From positions 157,544 to 221,543 of the forward strand of contig JACPAV010000004.1 of the NCBI GenBank assembly GCA_016180645.1: a stretch of 64,000 bases of DNA, written 5' to 3'. Positions 53,593 to 63,339 of this stretch are shown in pieces. Position 1 is the first letter of the stretch. Each line of letters opens with the position of its first letter. The position numbers were made by a program, and so were the translations under genes. Source of the DNA: Nitrospirota bacterium. Its GTDB lineage: Bacteria; JACPQY01. The notes below the pieces were generated by a model. The model worked only from the letters and a program-made list of their open reading frames with translations, did no database searches and was not told where the DNA came from.

Positions 53593-54605
53593 ACGCCGAG
53601 CGCGTGCTTTTCATCCGGCTCAGTTCGCTCGGCGATGTGCTACGGACGCTTCCGACGATGGCCGCGTTCAAGTCGGCCTTCCCCCAAACGACGGTCGGCT
53701 TCCTCACATCGGAGTCGTACGCGTTTCTGAGGGGCGGCCTGACGTTTGTCGACAAATTTCATTTCTGGTACTCGGGCCGTCGCTCCGAAGTCATCCGCGA
53801 AATCCGGAGGGAGCGATACGAACGCAGTTACAATCTCCATCCCATCCTAAGGGCGGGGCTGATCTCAGCCATGCTGGGCATTCGGGAACGCTACGGTTTC
53901 GGGCCGGCTCTCGATCGGGAGGGCGGATTCCTCTTTTCCAACCACAGGGTGAATGTCCTGCCCTGCACTCATCGCCTCGACCAGACCGTTGAGTTGGTCA
54001 AGGCCTCCGGGGCAAGCTTGGAGCCTGTGCTGCGACCATTTGCCCTTGCGCCGAATCAGACACCCGAAGCCGTTACGCGACTGTTGGATCGGGAGAAGTT
54101 GGGACCCCAGCCGTTCGCCGTGTTCATTCCGGGCTCAAGCCCAGGGGCGACGGAAAAGAGATGGCCGCATCCATCGTACGCGGAGTTGGGTCGGCGGCTC
54201 GCATCGAGATTCAAGCTGTCCGTGTTCGTCCTGCCCGGATTGGGTGAGACGGCTCTTGCCGCGGAGGTGATGCGGGGGACGGACTCAGCCGGGCGGGTGG
54301 TTCCAGAATTGCGATTGGAGGAGATCGCCTCCCTTCTGTCCCGGGCTCGGATGGTTGTGGGGGGTGACACGGGACTGACCCATCTGGCGAACACGATGGG
54401 GGTGCCCTCGCTGATGATCTTCGGACCGACCGACCCTGCGGTCTACTCCCCCCGAATCGGAAAGTTCGAATGCTTGGGTGGTCGACCGGGAGCAGGACGG
54501 CCCCATCGTGGGGCCAGCCGTCGCGCCGCGCCGCCGACGTCCAGCATCAGCGTCAATCAAGCCTTCGATGCCTGCGCGCGGTTGCTTGACCGGACGCGAG
54601 TCTGA
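53589..54605 (+). CDS. Glycosyltransferase family 9 (heptosyltransferase-like)
   Basis: RLSSLGDV, KRWP, GDTGLTHLA, FGPT. Confidence 0.92.
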   Translation: MNAERVLFIRLSSLGDVLRTLPTMAAFKSAFPQTTVGFLTSESYAFLRGGLTFVDKFHFWYSGRRSEVIREIRRERYERSYNLHPILRAGLISAMLGIRERYGFGPALDREGGFLFSNHRVNVLPCTHRLDQTVELVKASGASLEPVLRPFALAPNQTPEAVTRLLDREKLGPQPFAVFIPGSSPGATEKRWPHPSYAELGRRLASRFKLSVFVLPGLGETALAAEVMRGTDSAGRVVPELRLEEIASLLSRARMVVGGDTGLTHLANTMGVPSLMIFGPTDPAVYSPRIGKFECLGGRPGAGRPHRGASRRAAPPTSSISVNQAFDACARLLDRTRV

Positions 54606-54618
54606 CAACCTAAAATCG

Positions 54619-56223
54619 CTATAAAGGGAACAGCGTTGTAGCTTGGGTGATGGCTGGGGAGTGAGGAAGATCCGGCAAACCGGTCCTTCCGGAGAACACC
54701 CTCCCCCGTAAATCGTCGGCTAGGGAAGCAAGCCGGCGGCTCAGGTCGGGATGGTTGAACTGAGTGCAGTAGGAGAAGAGCTCCGTGGCCGCCAGTCGAT
54801 GAATCCAAGTTTCTGATTCTCCTGATCTTCCGGCCAATTCCAAGCATCGACGGAGAAATCGGCGTGAAAAATCAGACTGGCGAGTGAGGAGGGCCCATTT
54901 TAGAAGCTCGAACCACGCCGCCGGCATGTCCCCACTCTGGAGGGCGGCGTGGAGGGAGACGATGCGCTCGCGAGCGAAAGCCGAATCCTCCAGACTCATC
55001 ATGGCCTTGGGGTGCTGTTGGACCTGGAGATCGATCCAGGTGATGAGATCGGCGGCCGGCAGCGGCAGCGCCCCCTGGGCCAAACATCTCTCCACGCCAT
55101 CGAAAAAATCGCTCCAACGTCCACGGGTAAGAAATTCAAAAGTGTCATGCCACGGCCCCTCTGCCGGATCGACCTGGAGCGGCCGACGTTCGCGGATCTT
55201 CCCTTTCTCATCCCACAACTTCAAGAATAGGGCCTCGTGCTTTGCCGCGGTGACCGGTGCATCGAAATCGCGCGCGCGGCGTCGCGCTGCCTCAATGAAC
55301 CGGGGTACGATCGGGCCGTCTGATGCGACGTCTCTCCAAAGTGCGGCGACGACCGAACCTGCTTCTTCCAGGTTCCCTCGGGTGTAGTGAAACCCGCTCG
55401 TCCCGTTCTGAACGATTTCTCCCGGTCCCTCCAGGTTTGCGACAATGGGAATCAGGCCGCAGGCCATGGCTTCGACGACCATGTAGCCGAACGCCTCATC
55501 TCGCGGAGCCAGGTGAATAAACAGATCGGCCTGATTCAAGATTTCGGGAACGTCGTTCCGCCAGCCCCAATAGCGATGGAGTTCGGTCGATGGCCCATCG
55601 GTGCCCACCGTCCAGCCGACCGCAGGGACCCCTGCGCCTCGGAGGAGGCCCACCAGGCGCTCCATTCCCGCCGGATCCACGTCATACGGATAACCGACCT
55701 GAACGAGGATCAGCCGGTCCTTCTTTGCAATCTTCACCCGGTCGGTCCGGAATCGCCCGAGATCGATCCCGCTGTAGATGACGCTCGTCCGGGAGGAATC
55801 CGGTTGGAGACGGGCCACGCTCTGGGAGACGCAGATGGTCCAATCGACAAAATCATACTGTTGGCAGGGATTCGGATTTTCCACCCGCTCTACGATGAGC
55901 GGCACGCCGGCTTTGTGCGCCGCCATGAATCCCGTGTGATGAAACCCGCCGTGACTGATCACGGCGACGTCGACGTTTCGTAGCGAATCCACGAAGTCCT
56001 CGAACCGGGCGAGACCGTCAAGAATCCTGGCCCCGGTGGCGGCTTCGATTTGCGCCTTCATGTCGGCCGGCGCCTTCAACGCCGTGTGGCCGGACTGGGA
56101 GAAATTCTCTTTGGACGAATGGCAGAGCAGCGTGTATTCGCTCCAGTTGATTCCGGTGATCCGGCTGTAGTCCTGCTGCCAGCTCATGTGGGCCAGACGG
56201 AGGGGCAATGCAGACCGCATCAC
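54619..56223 (-). CDS. Glycosyltransferase family 4 with C-terminal helical extension
   Basis: EAFGYMVVEAMACG, GPGEIV, VIYSGID. Confidence 0.85.
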   Translation of the reverse strand: MMRSALPLRLAHMSWQQDYSRITGINWSEYTLLCHSSKENFSQSGHTALKAPADMKAQIEAATGARILDGLARFEDFVDSLRNVDVAVISHGGFHHTGFMAAHKAGVPLIVERVENPNPCQQYDFVDWTICVSQSVARLQPDSSRTSVIYSGIDLGRFRTDRVKIAKKDRLILVQVGYPYDVDPAGMERLVGLLRGAGVPAVGWTVGTDGPSTELHRYWGWRNDVPEILNQADLFIHLAPRDEAFGYMVVEAMACGLIPIVANLEGPGEIVQNGTSGFHYTRGNLEEAGSVVAALWRDVASDGPIVPRFIEAARRRARDFDAPVTAAKHEALFLKLWDEKGKIRERRPLQVDPAEGPWHDTFEFLTRGRWSDFFDGVERCLAQGALPLPAADLITWIDLQVQQHPKAMMSLEDSAFARERIVSLHAALQSGDMPAAWFELLKWALLTRQSDFSRRFLRRCLELAGRSGESETWIHRLAATELFSYCTQFNHPDLSRRLASLADDLRGRVFSGRTGLPDLPHSPAITQATTLFPL

Positions 56224-56315
56224 ATAGGTTATCGGCGGCGCCGGACAGGAACTTGATTCGAGACCTCCTCCCGCGGGATGGCCGACCGAGGCCGATTTTG
56301 GTACCGTGCTCCCTC

Positions 56316-58214
56316 ATGAAACACATCGGTTCGTTCCTCGTTTGGGTATTGCTGGCGTTCGCCGCGCAAGCCGCCGAGCCGATCGTCGTCCTCCAGGCGG
56401 GGACGTCGTCTGCGAACCCCTTGAATTGGGGGGGCGACGGGTTTCTCCCGTTCCCAACGGACTTTTACACGGTGGTGGATCCGTCAACGCCTACCGGTCT
56501 GAGGATGCAACTACCGGAAGATCCGATAGAGAATAAGCTCCTCTCGCGACTGCCGATGGACACGACCGGCCTGAGAGAAAAACTGAGGGAGCATGACGGA
56601 TTTTCGCCGAACTTTCCCATCGTGATTTCCGTTCCTGCCGTCCTGAAGGAGTTCGATCTCCCGAAGCCCGAGGACACTGTCAAGTCCGATTCTCCGATCC
56701 AATTCTTTCGCGCATCCGATGCCGTTCCCCTGCCCTTCCGCACTTTTCTGGATGTCATCCTGAACGTAGGGGGGCCGAACGTGACGGTTGTTCGGATCCA
56801 TCCACTCGTGGCGCTCCGGAAGAGCGAGCGGTACGTCGTCGTCGTACGATCCTCCTTCGGCGCAAGGGCTGATCGAACCATTCCCCCCAGCGGCGGTTTC
56901 CGCGCCCTGATGCAGGAGAAAAGTCCCGCCGACGGGGACCTCGCTGTCGCATGGCCGCGATACGCGGGGCTCCGGTCGTTTCTGAAAGATCACCAGCTCG
57001 ACCCCTCCACCCTCTCTCTGGCCTTCGATTTCACGGTGGAGTCGGACGGGAGCTACACGCGCGGGGCGCGCCGGCTGCGGGAGGCCGTGGAGAATCACGC
57101 GGCGGAGCATCCCCTCCGGATCAAAGAGATGCAGGCGGACGAAGAGCGCACGTGGTGGGACTCGGCTGAGGCCGTCGGAGTACACGGCGCGTTCGAAGCG
57201 CTCGACTTCATCGACTCGGAAGGCCGGGCCCGCCCGGCACCCGTGCCCAAGAACGTGAAGTTCAAGCTTCTTCTCCCCCGGAAGCCCCGCGAGGGCGGCA
57301 TTCCGCTGGCCGTGTTTGGGCATGGACTGGCTGTCAATAAGGACACCATGTTCCAGGTGGCGGGAAGGCTCGTGCGTGAGGGCATCGGCGTCATCGGCAT
57401 CGACGCCCCGTATCACCAACACCTGTGGTCCCCTCTCAAGCCGATCCTGGGATCGCGCAGCAACATGGATCTCCTCGCCGGCATGTTCCGGCAATACCTT
57501 GCTCAGCAGCTCATGCTCCTTCAATTTATCCGGCAGGGGCTGGCGGAACTGGACGTGCTGCCGATGGGTGAAGGGGAGTCGAAGGGGGACGGACGTCCCG
57601 ACTTGGACGTGACGCGCACGGCCTACATCGGCCAGTCGATGGGAGGGATCGTGGGGACTTCCGTTCTTGCCCTCGATGATCGTCTCACAGGAGGAGTGCT
57701 CAATGTTGCCGGAGGAACACTCGGCGATGTCTTTGAAGAAGCGTTTCTCATCGAGGAAATGGGCCTGCCCGTCTTTTCCGTGAAAGGCTTGTCTAAGATG
57801 GAGTCCTACGTTGCGGCGGGTCTTCTGGGGTATCTGACGGATGATGTGGATCCCGTGGGGATGGCGCCATACATCACGAGGGAGCGGTACTTGAACACCC
57901 ATCCAAAACTGGTACTCGTCCAGGGCGGGCTGAACGACGGGCTGGTCCCCAACGCGGCGTCGGACCGCCTTGCGCGTGCGCTGGGCGTTCCACTGATGGA
58001 GCCGTCCGCGCGTGAGGTCTCTTTCATCGAGAAGGTGCAGCGACCCTATGTTGGCCCCGGTCTAGCCTTCTACCGCTTCGGTCAAGGGCGATTCTTCCCT
58101 CACCTCTGTCTTATGGGTGATGAGGCGGCCTCCGATGCCGTCGCCTTCCTGTCCTCTTTGCTGAGGCCAACCGGCGACCACGCCTTCTCCGCGACATCCG
58201 GCGACCCGAAATAG
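56316..58214 (+). CDS. Secreted alpha/beta-hydrolase
   Basis: Signal peptide AAQA, LPFPTD, DGFS, GHGL, GQSMGG, DGLVPN. Confidence 0.85.
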   Translation: MKHIGSFLVWVLLAFAAQAAEPIVVLQAGTSSANPLNWGGDGFLPFPTDFYTVVDPSTPTGLRMQLPEDPIENKLLSRLPMDTTGLREKLREHDGFSPNFPIVISVPAVLKEFDLPKPEDTVKSDSPIQFFRASDAVPLPFRTFLDVILNVGGPNVTVVRIHPLVALRKSERYVVVVRSSFGARADRTIPPSGGFRALMQEKSPADGDLAVAWPRYAGLRSFLKDHQLDPSTLSLAFDFTVESDGSYTRGARRLREAVENHAAEHPLRIKEMQADEERTWWDSAEAVGVHGAFEALDFIDSEGRARPAPVPKNVKFKLLLPRKPREGGIPLAVFGHGLAVNKDTMFQVAGRLVREGIGVIGIDAPYHQHLWSPLKPILGSRSNMDLLAGMFRQYLAQQLMLLQFIRQGLAELDVLPMGEGESKGDGRPDLDVTRTAYIGQSMGGIVGTSVLALDDRLTGGVLNVAGGTLGDVFEEAFLIEEMGLPVFSVKGLSKMESYVAAGLLGYLTDDVDPVGMAPYITRERYLNTHPKLVLVQGGLNDGLVPNAASDRLARALGVPLMEPSAREVSFIEKVQRPYVGPGLAFYRFGQGRFFPHLCLMGDEAASDAVAFLSSLLRPTGDHAFSATSGDPK

Positions 58215-58226
58215 GCGCCCTGCCCC

Positions 58227-59510
58227 ATGTCGGCGGATCGACCAAGCCAGCCGGCGGTGATTCGAGGAGGGAATCCGATCCTCGCGGCACTCGCCCGAAT
58301 CGTGCGGATCGGAATCGATGACACGGTCCAACCGTACGAGGGAAAGTACATCGTTTTGACGAACACGCTCACCCTTATCGCGCTCGTCATCGCCATCGCC
58401 TATTTGCCGCTCACCATCGCCCAGGGTTCGCGACTGCCGATCCTTCTGCACGTCCTGTTGATTCCCATCTACCCGATGGCCTTCGTGTTCAATCGGTTCC
58501 GGAAACATTGGTTGGCCACCACGTGGATAGGGCTGAGCTCGATGGCCGCGTTGGCCGGACTGGGTCTCATGATGGGAGTGAGCAGCGGCATCCACTATTT
58601 TATTCTCACCCACGCCGTTGGAAGTTTCATTCTGTACTCCCCTCGCCATGAGAAAGCCATGTGGGCTCTCGCCCTGGTCGGACTGTGCGTTTTCGCCGCC
58701 TTCCTGTCCGTGGATGTGCCCGCGCAGGTCGGCGAAGGCGCCGCGGCGGTCTCCACCATGCCCAGATGGTCCCGGCCGGCCAATCTGATCGGTGTCTACA
58801 TCGCGGTGGCCGCGGTGGCGTACTATTCCCGGCGCGGCATGATCAGGGCGGAGCGTGCCGTGCTTCGGGAAAAAGCCCGCGCGGAAGACCTGCTGCTGAA
58901 CATTCTTCCCAAGCCGATTGCGGATCGGCTTCAGCAGTCGCCGACCACCATTGCCGATGGATATCCCGCGGCAAGCGTTCTCTTTTCCGACTTGGTGGGA
59001 TTCACCACGCTCAGCCAGGAGATGCCGCCGGAAGATTTGGTCCGCCTTCTGAACCGTATCTTCATCTCGTTTGATGAGCTGACGGACAAATTCGGATTGG
59101 AAAAAATCAAGACGATCGGAGATGCGTACATGCTCGCTTCCGGCCTCCCCACCGCGCGGGAGGATCATGCCGAGGCTGCCGCGGAGATGGCCATGGCGAT
59201 GCTTGAAACGGTCGCTCTCTTGGGCGCTGAACTCCGCCGCTCCCTTCACATCCGGATCGGCATCAACTCCGGGCCGGTTGTCGCCGGCGTGATTGGGAAG
59301 AAGCGATTTATCTACGATCTGTGGGGCGACGCCGTGAACGTGGCCGCCCGGATGGAATCCCACGGCGTCCCCGGCGAGATCCACGTCTCCCACTCAACCT
59401 ATGAGCTCCTCAAGGCAAAGTTCATCCTGGAGTCCCGTGGGCGCATCGAAGTGAAAGGCAAAGGCGCCATGGAAACGTACCTGCTGAAGGGAAGAAAGGA
59501 GGGGAATTGA
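58227..59510 (+). CDS. Membrane-anchored class III adenylate cyclase
   Basis: About six TM segments; LFSDLVGFT, KIKTIGDAYM, YDLWGDAVNVAARMES with the ATP-specifying K/D. Confidence 0.93.
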   Translation: MSADRPSQPAVIRGGNPILAALARIVRIGIDDTVQPYEGKYIVLTNTLTLIALVIAIAYLPLTIAQGSRLPILLHVLLIPIYPMAFVFNRFRKHWLATTWIGLSSMAALAGLGLMMGVSSGIHYFILTHAVGSFILYSPRHEKAMWALALVGLCVFAAFLSVDVPAQVGEGAAAVSTMPRWSRPANLIGVYIAVAAVAYYSRRGMIRAERAVLREKARAEDLLLNILPKPIADRLQQSPTTIADGYPAASVLFSDLVGFTTLSQEMPPEDLVRLLNRIFISFDELTDKFGLEKIKTIGDAYMLASGLPTAREDHAEAAAEMAMAMLETVALLGAELRRSLHIRIGINSGPVVAGVIGKKRFIYDLWGDAVNVAARMESHGVPGEIHVSHSTYELLKAKFILESRGRIEVKGKGAMETYLLKGRKEGN

Positions 59511-59521
59511 AGGAGATCGGC

Positions 59522-59547
59522 GTAGGCGCGCCGGACTACGGCGCGCC
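59522..59547. repeat. GTAG REP-like hairpin between convergent genes
   Basis: gta-ggcgcgccg-gacta-cggcgcgcc. Confidence 0.45.
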
Positions 59548-60180
59548 CTTGGCCCAACGGATGCGGTCCAGGCCCGGGAAGTTCGGGCCGTAGTACATCA
59601 TGCGGTAGAGGCGGACCACCTGGCCGGTGGCGGGTTCTTTCACCTCCGCGAGAAGAAGTTCGACAATCGTATCCTCCGCTCCGCTCGGTTTGAGCCAGAC
59701 CGCGGTATTGGGTTTGGCGATGGAGGCGGCGCCGTATCGCTTCACGGCATCACCATAGAGGGATTTGATGGGCGGATCATCGAGCGTGGCGGCCTGTCCC
59801 GCGTCGTACGCCTTGGAGTAGAGAGCAAGCTTGCCGTCCACAAAGTAGAAACCGTGCGAAATGCTGCGCCCATCCTCCAATCGCGTATCCCAGTAGGCAT
59901 ATTTTGTCTGTACTCCGAGGATCTCGGTTTCGCCCCCATCGGTGAGCGGAGGGAGCTTCGCCTCCGCGGCCGGGGCGAGCATCCCCCAGGGAATCTGATA
60001 GAGGTTCCAACCTTTGAAAGCCGGCTCTTTCTTCGCGGCGGTCGCCGCCTGCGCGGACGCCGTGAACCGTGAATCGTGAATCGTGAATTGAAGGAGGAAC
60101 AGAAAGCCGAGCGTTTGGGCCGCCCGGATTGCAACACGAAGGGGTGGGTTCCCTCTCGGTCTCACGGGTTCACGATTCAC
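59536..60180 (-). CDS. Exported hypothetical protein
   Basis: Hydrophobic N-region, ASAQA cleavage site, FKGW...PWGM motif. Confidence 0.65.
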   Translation of the reverse strand: MNREPVRPRGNPPLRVAIRAAQTLGFLFLLQFTIHDSRFTASAQAATAAKKEPAFKGWNLYQIPWGMLAPAAEAKLPPLTDGGETEILGVQTKYAYWDTRLEDGRSISHGFYFVDGKLALYSKAYDAGQAATLDDPPIKSLYGDAVKRYGAASIAKPNTAVWLKPSGAEDTIVELLLAEVKEPATGQVVRLYRMMYYGPNFPGLDRIRWAKGAP

Positions 60181-60190
60181 GGGGTCACGA
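60060..60190. repeat. Two inverted YCGTGAA heptamer arrays
   Basis: ccgtgaa ccgtgaa tcgtgaa tcgtgaa (60060-60087) and ctcacgg/ttcacga/ttcacgg/gtcacga (60161-60190). Confidence 0.7.
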
Positions 60191-61486
60191 CTCCTGATAG
60201 ATCGCCAGGCTTGCGAAGCTCACCACGGATCCGGTGGCCTCTTCCGCAGCCTGGTCGTATTTCAGGAGATGCCCTTTGAGTGCGGGCGAACCCGACACGG
60301 TGGAGGTCACCGCCTTGAGAAGCGTGTAGATGGGTGAGAGACCGCAGATGCGCCGCTTGTCCTTCTCGCCCTGGATATTGCGAAAGAAAGCATCGCCGTC
60401 CACACGCTCGGCGTGCGTCAACATCTCTCGGTCGAGGATATCGAGCTCGCGCCGAATGCTCTCGTTCACCTTGAACGGATCGCCGAATTTCACTCCCATG
60501 TGGGCGAGATCCGCGCCGGCGATGTACACCGTCGGTCCGAATTGACGGTCGGCCTCCTGAAGCGCGGCAATGAACCGGCCGATCCGCTCGCTCTCGCCGG
60601 GCAAGTGGCCGTTCAGCACCCATTCGTGCATGGAGGAGCAAAGAATCGGCACGATCTTCAGCCCCGGCTCCAGCGGAAACAGGTATTTGAGAAACACCGC
60701 CTGAAACTCGACGGAATGCTCCGTCCGGTGGACCCATTCGTCGGCGTAGATCTCCGGCCCCAGCTCGGTTTCAAGAAACTGCACATAGTCCTGATCCGTG
60801 GGCACGGGGCCCAGGGGCGTGTCGTAGGCCTTCCGGGTGACCACGAACGTATTCGGCGGAGACTGGTGAGCGGTGCCCAGGATGACGAACCGCCGCGGCA
60901 GGGGCCCGCGGGCCAGGGAGGCGTACGCGAAAGCGTACGCTTGTCCCGCGAAACGGATATCGATATGCGGGACCACGACGCCTCGCAGGACCCCGGAATT
61001 GTCCTGCGGTCGAACCGCCGCGAAGTACTCCTGGAACTGCTTGCGCAGTTCTTTCGGCTCCGCGGGGTACACGAGGCCGGCGTGGCAGTAGGGGCGAACC
61101 GGCTGCGAGTGGAACGCGTCGTCGGTCTCCTTCTGGAGACGGCGGAAGCCTTCGCTATCGAGGTAACCGGACTGGTCGAGTTGGGTCATGAAGCCCAGGA
61201 CCTGTTCCGTGAGGAGGAGCTGACCGAGACGGCGCTGAATCTCCTCCTGGAGCTGGCGGATGGTGTGCTTGCCGTCGAAGAACGCGAGGAGGAGGGCCGC
61301 GGCCTGGGGAATCAGGACCGGATCTTTGGCGTATCCCATCGGGTCGCGCAGCGCGATGAACTTTTGCGACCCCTGAACGATGGGGTAGACCTCGACGGCG
61401 CGGATGGAGGGCAGGAGCGTGTCCGGATCGGCTGCAACCGATGCGGTCGAAGCGGGCGGCGCGTCAGACGGAGGCGACTTTGACAC
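60185..61486 (-). CDS. amrB: MEMO1/AmrB-family protein with N-terminal extension
   Basis: HAGLVYP, VPHID, HRTEHSVEFQ, ADLAH, RICG, VVSFAS. Confidence 0.88.
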   Translation of the reverse strand: MSKSPPSDAPPASTASVAADPDTLLPSIRAVEVYPIVQGSQKFIALRDPMGYAKDPVLIPQAAALLLAFFDGKHTIRQLQEEIQRRLGQLLLTEQVLGFMTQLDQSGYLDSEGFRRLQKETDDAFHSQPVRPYCHAGLVYPAEPKELRKQFQEYFAAVRPQDNSGVLRGVVVPHIDIRFAGQAYAFAYASLARGPLPRRFVILGTAHQSPPNTFVVTRKAYDTPLGPVPTDQDYVQFLETELGPEIYADEWVHRTEHSVEFQAVFLKYLFPLEPGLKIVPILCSSMHEWVLNGHLPGESERIGRFIAALQEADRQFGPTVYIAGADLAHMGVKFGDPFKVNESIRRELDILDREMLTHAERVDGDAFFRNIQGEKDKRRICGLSPIYTLLKAVTSTVSGSPALKGHLLKYDQAAEEATGSVVSFASLAIYQES

Positions 61487-62762
61487 AGTTCTTTCCAGAG
61501 CGTTTGGCTTGATAGAGCGCGGCGTCGGCCCGGTCGAACAGATCCGTTTCGTTGTCCGCCGACTCCGGGTACATCGAGAGTCCGACGCTCACGGTCACGC
61601 CCATTTTTTTCCCATCCCGAGCGATGTTGTATGCCTCGATTTGTTCTCGGAGCCGGTTCGAGACGAGCAGGGATTGCGACGCGTTCAGCTCCGTGAGGAT
61701 CACGGCGATCTCTTCCCCGCCGTAGCGCGCGATCACGTCCGTGTCGCGCAAGCTTTTTCGCAAGATGTTCGAAACGCCGCGGAGGACCTCGTCGCCCACG
61801 GAGTGGCCGTAGGTATCGTTGAAGGACTTGAAGTTGTCGATGTCCATGAGCACCACGGCCAGGGGACGGCGGAGACGTTTCGCTTTATGGAGTTCGAGCC
61901 GGAGGTAATCCTTGAAATAGCGGTGCGAGTAGAGGCCGGTCAGCTCATCGGTGATGGCCAGTTTGAACAGCCGCGCATTCTCGATCGCGAGGGCGGCCTG
62001 ATTGGCGAAGGCTTCGAGGATCTCCAGGTCGTCGTCCGAGAACGTGGGACCGTCCTTCCGATTGAGGACTTCGATGGCGCCGATGATGCGGGCCTTCACC
62101 TTCATGGGGGCGCAGGCGATGTTGCGGCTGGTGAAGTTCACCGATGAGGCGACGCGCGGGGAGAAGCGCGGGTCTTTGTCGACATCCGGGGAAAGCACGG
62201 GGACGCCGTGTTGAACGACCCAGCCGGCAATCCCTTCACCGATTTGCAGTTTGATGTCTTTTACTTCGTCCGCTTTCTCGCCGGTAGCAGCGAGAAAATA
62301 GAGGCTGTGGCCGTCCTCGCCCTTGAGGATGATGGAGCTGGCCTCGGCGTGGGTCACCTGCGTGGCGTGTTCGAGAATGGAGTTGAGCACGTGCCGTTCG
62401 TCGAGGGAGGAGTTGACGAGCGCGGTGACCTTGATGAGAGATGACAGTCTGTCAATGCGATCCTGTTCGGAGCGGAAGGCTTTGGAGAGCTCCTCGGGAA
62501 GGTGGGCATCGTCCACGTTGGAGTGGGCGCGGAGACTCTGCGTGAGCGTGTTCATGACGGATTGGAGGGCTTCGCCGTATCGGAAGCGCGTGCCCGGCGC
62601 CGTGGCAGGAGCGGGCGTGGTCGGCGGAACGGAAGGGGGGGGGCTGACGAGGCGGGCGGCGCGGCTTGGGGAAGGGGAGTGCCGGGGCGTGGAGCGGGTG
62701 GATCGCCGGACGGCGGGATGGGGCCTCGTGGACGACGCTTTGGATACAGAGCGTTTTGCTAT
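61464..62762 (-). CDS. GAF-GGDEF diguanylate cyclase (start proposed at ATA 62762)
   Basis: GAF (GEGIAGWV), DIDNFK, RDTD I-site, RYGGEEI. Confidence 0.9.
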   Translation of the reverse strand: MAKRSVSKASSTRPHPAVRRSTRSTPRHSPSPSRAARLVSPPPSVPPTTPAPATAPGTRFRYGEALQSVMNTLTQSLRAHSNVDDAHLPEELSKAFRSEQDRIDRLSSLIKVTALVNSSLDERHVLNSILEHATQVTHAEASSIILKGEDGHSLYFLAATGEKADEVKDIKLQIGEGIAGWVVQHGVPVLSPDVDKDPRFSPRVASSVNFTSRNIACAPMKVKARIIGAIEVLNRKDGPTFSDDDLEILEAFANQAALAIENARLFKLAITDELTGLYSHRYFKDYLRLELHKAKRLRRPLAVVLMDIDNFKSFNDTYGHSVGDEVLRGVSNILRKSLRDTDVIARYGGEEIAVILTELNASQSLLVSNRLREQIEAYNIARDGKKMGVTVSVGLSMYPESADNETDLFDRADAALYQAKRSGKNCVKVASV

Positions 62763-63323
62763 GGAATCCTCCTGTAGTGTTCGAGGTCGCTCCCGGAGGT
62801 TCGCTCGGATTCCGGGAGAGGGGGATTGTAGCGGAATGGCGAGTTTTTTCAAAGGCGGGGGGGTGCTGAGTAACGCCCGGCGAAGCTCGGGGGGAATCGG
62901 TGAGTGACTGTGTGATAGTGTGATGGTGAGTCATCTAGGGTCTGCTGCGGGGTGGGGGAGGGGGCAGGCATTGGAGGCGTGAGGGGGAAAATAGGAGGAT
63001 TGCCGCCGTTCAGCGGGTTCGAGGCCCCGTGACTTGCCGCGGAGCGTGGTTTCTTCAGCGCGAGCACGGGGTCCGGCCCGTCCTCCGCAGTGCCTACTCC
63101 GTCGAAGCAGCTTCGGCTGCGAAGGCTGGAAGCTGCTACGGAGGGGGAAGCCCCGTGCGGGGCTTTTGCGGGGTAGGCTAAGACCTTCCTGGATGGCGGT
63201 GGGTAGTTTGCATTGCAAGTTGGTTGTGGGCCGCATGATTAGTGGTTCAGAAATAGTAAAGAAAAGAATATAGTAGATGAAGATATCAGATAAGTCATTG
63301 GCTTGGTGCTTGGAAGTGGCATG

Positions 63324-63339
63324 TGTTCCACGTGGAACT
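63324..63339. promoter_or_regulatory. parS centromere-like site
   Basis: TGTTCCACGTGGAACT, 15/16 match to TGTTCCACGTGGAACA, intergenic. Confidence 0.8.

Noticed and set aside
63240-63300. DnaA-trio/unwinding site near parS
   Set aside because: TAG-like triplets are out of register and no DnaA box is adjacent
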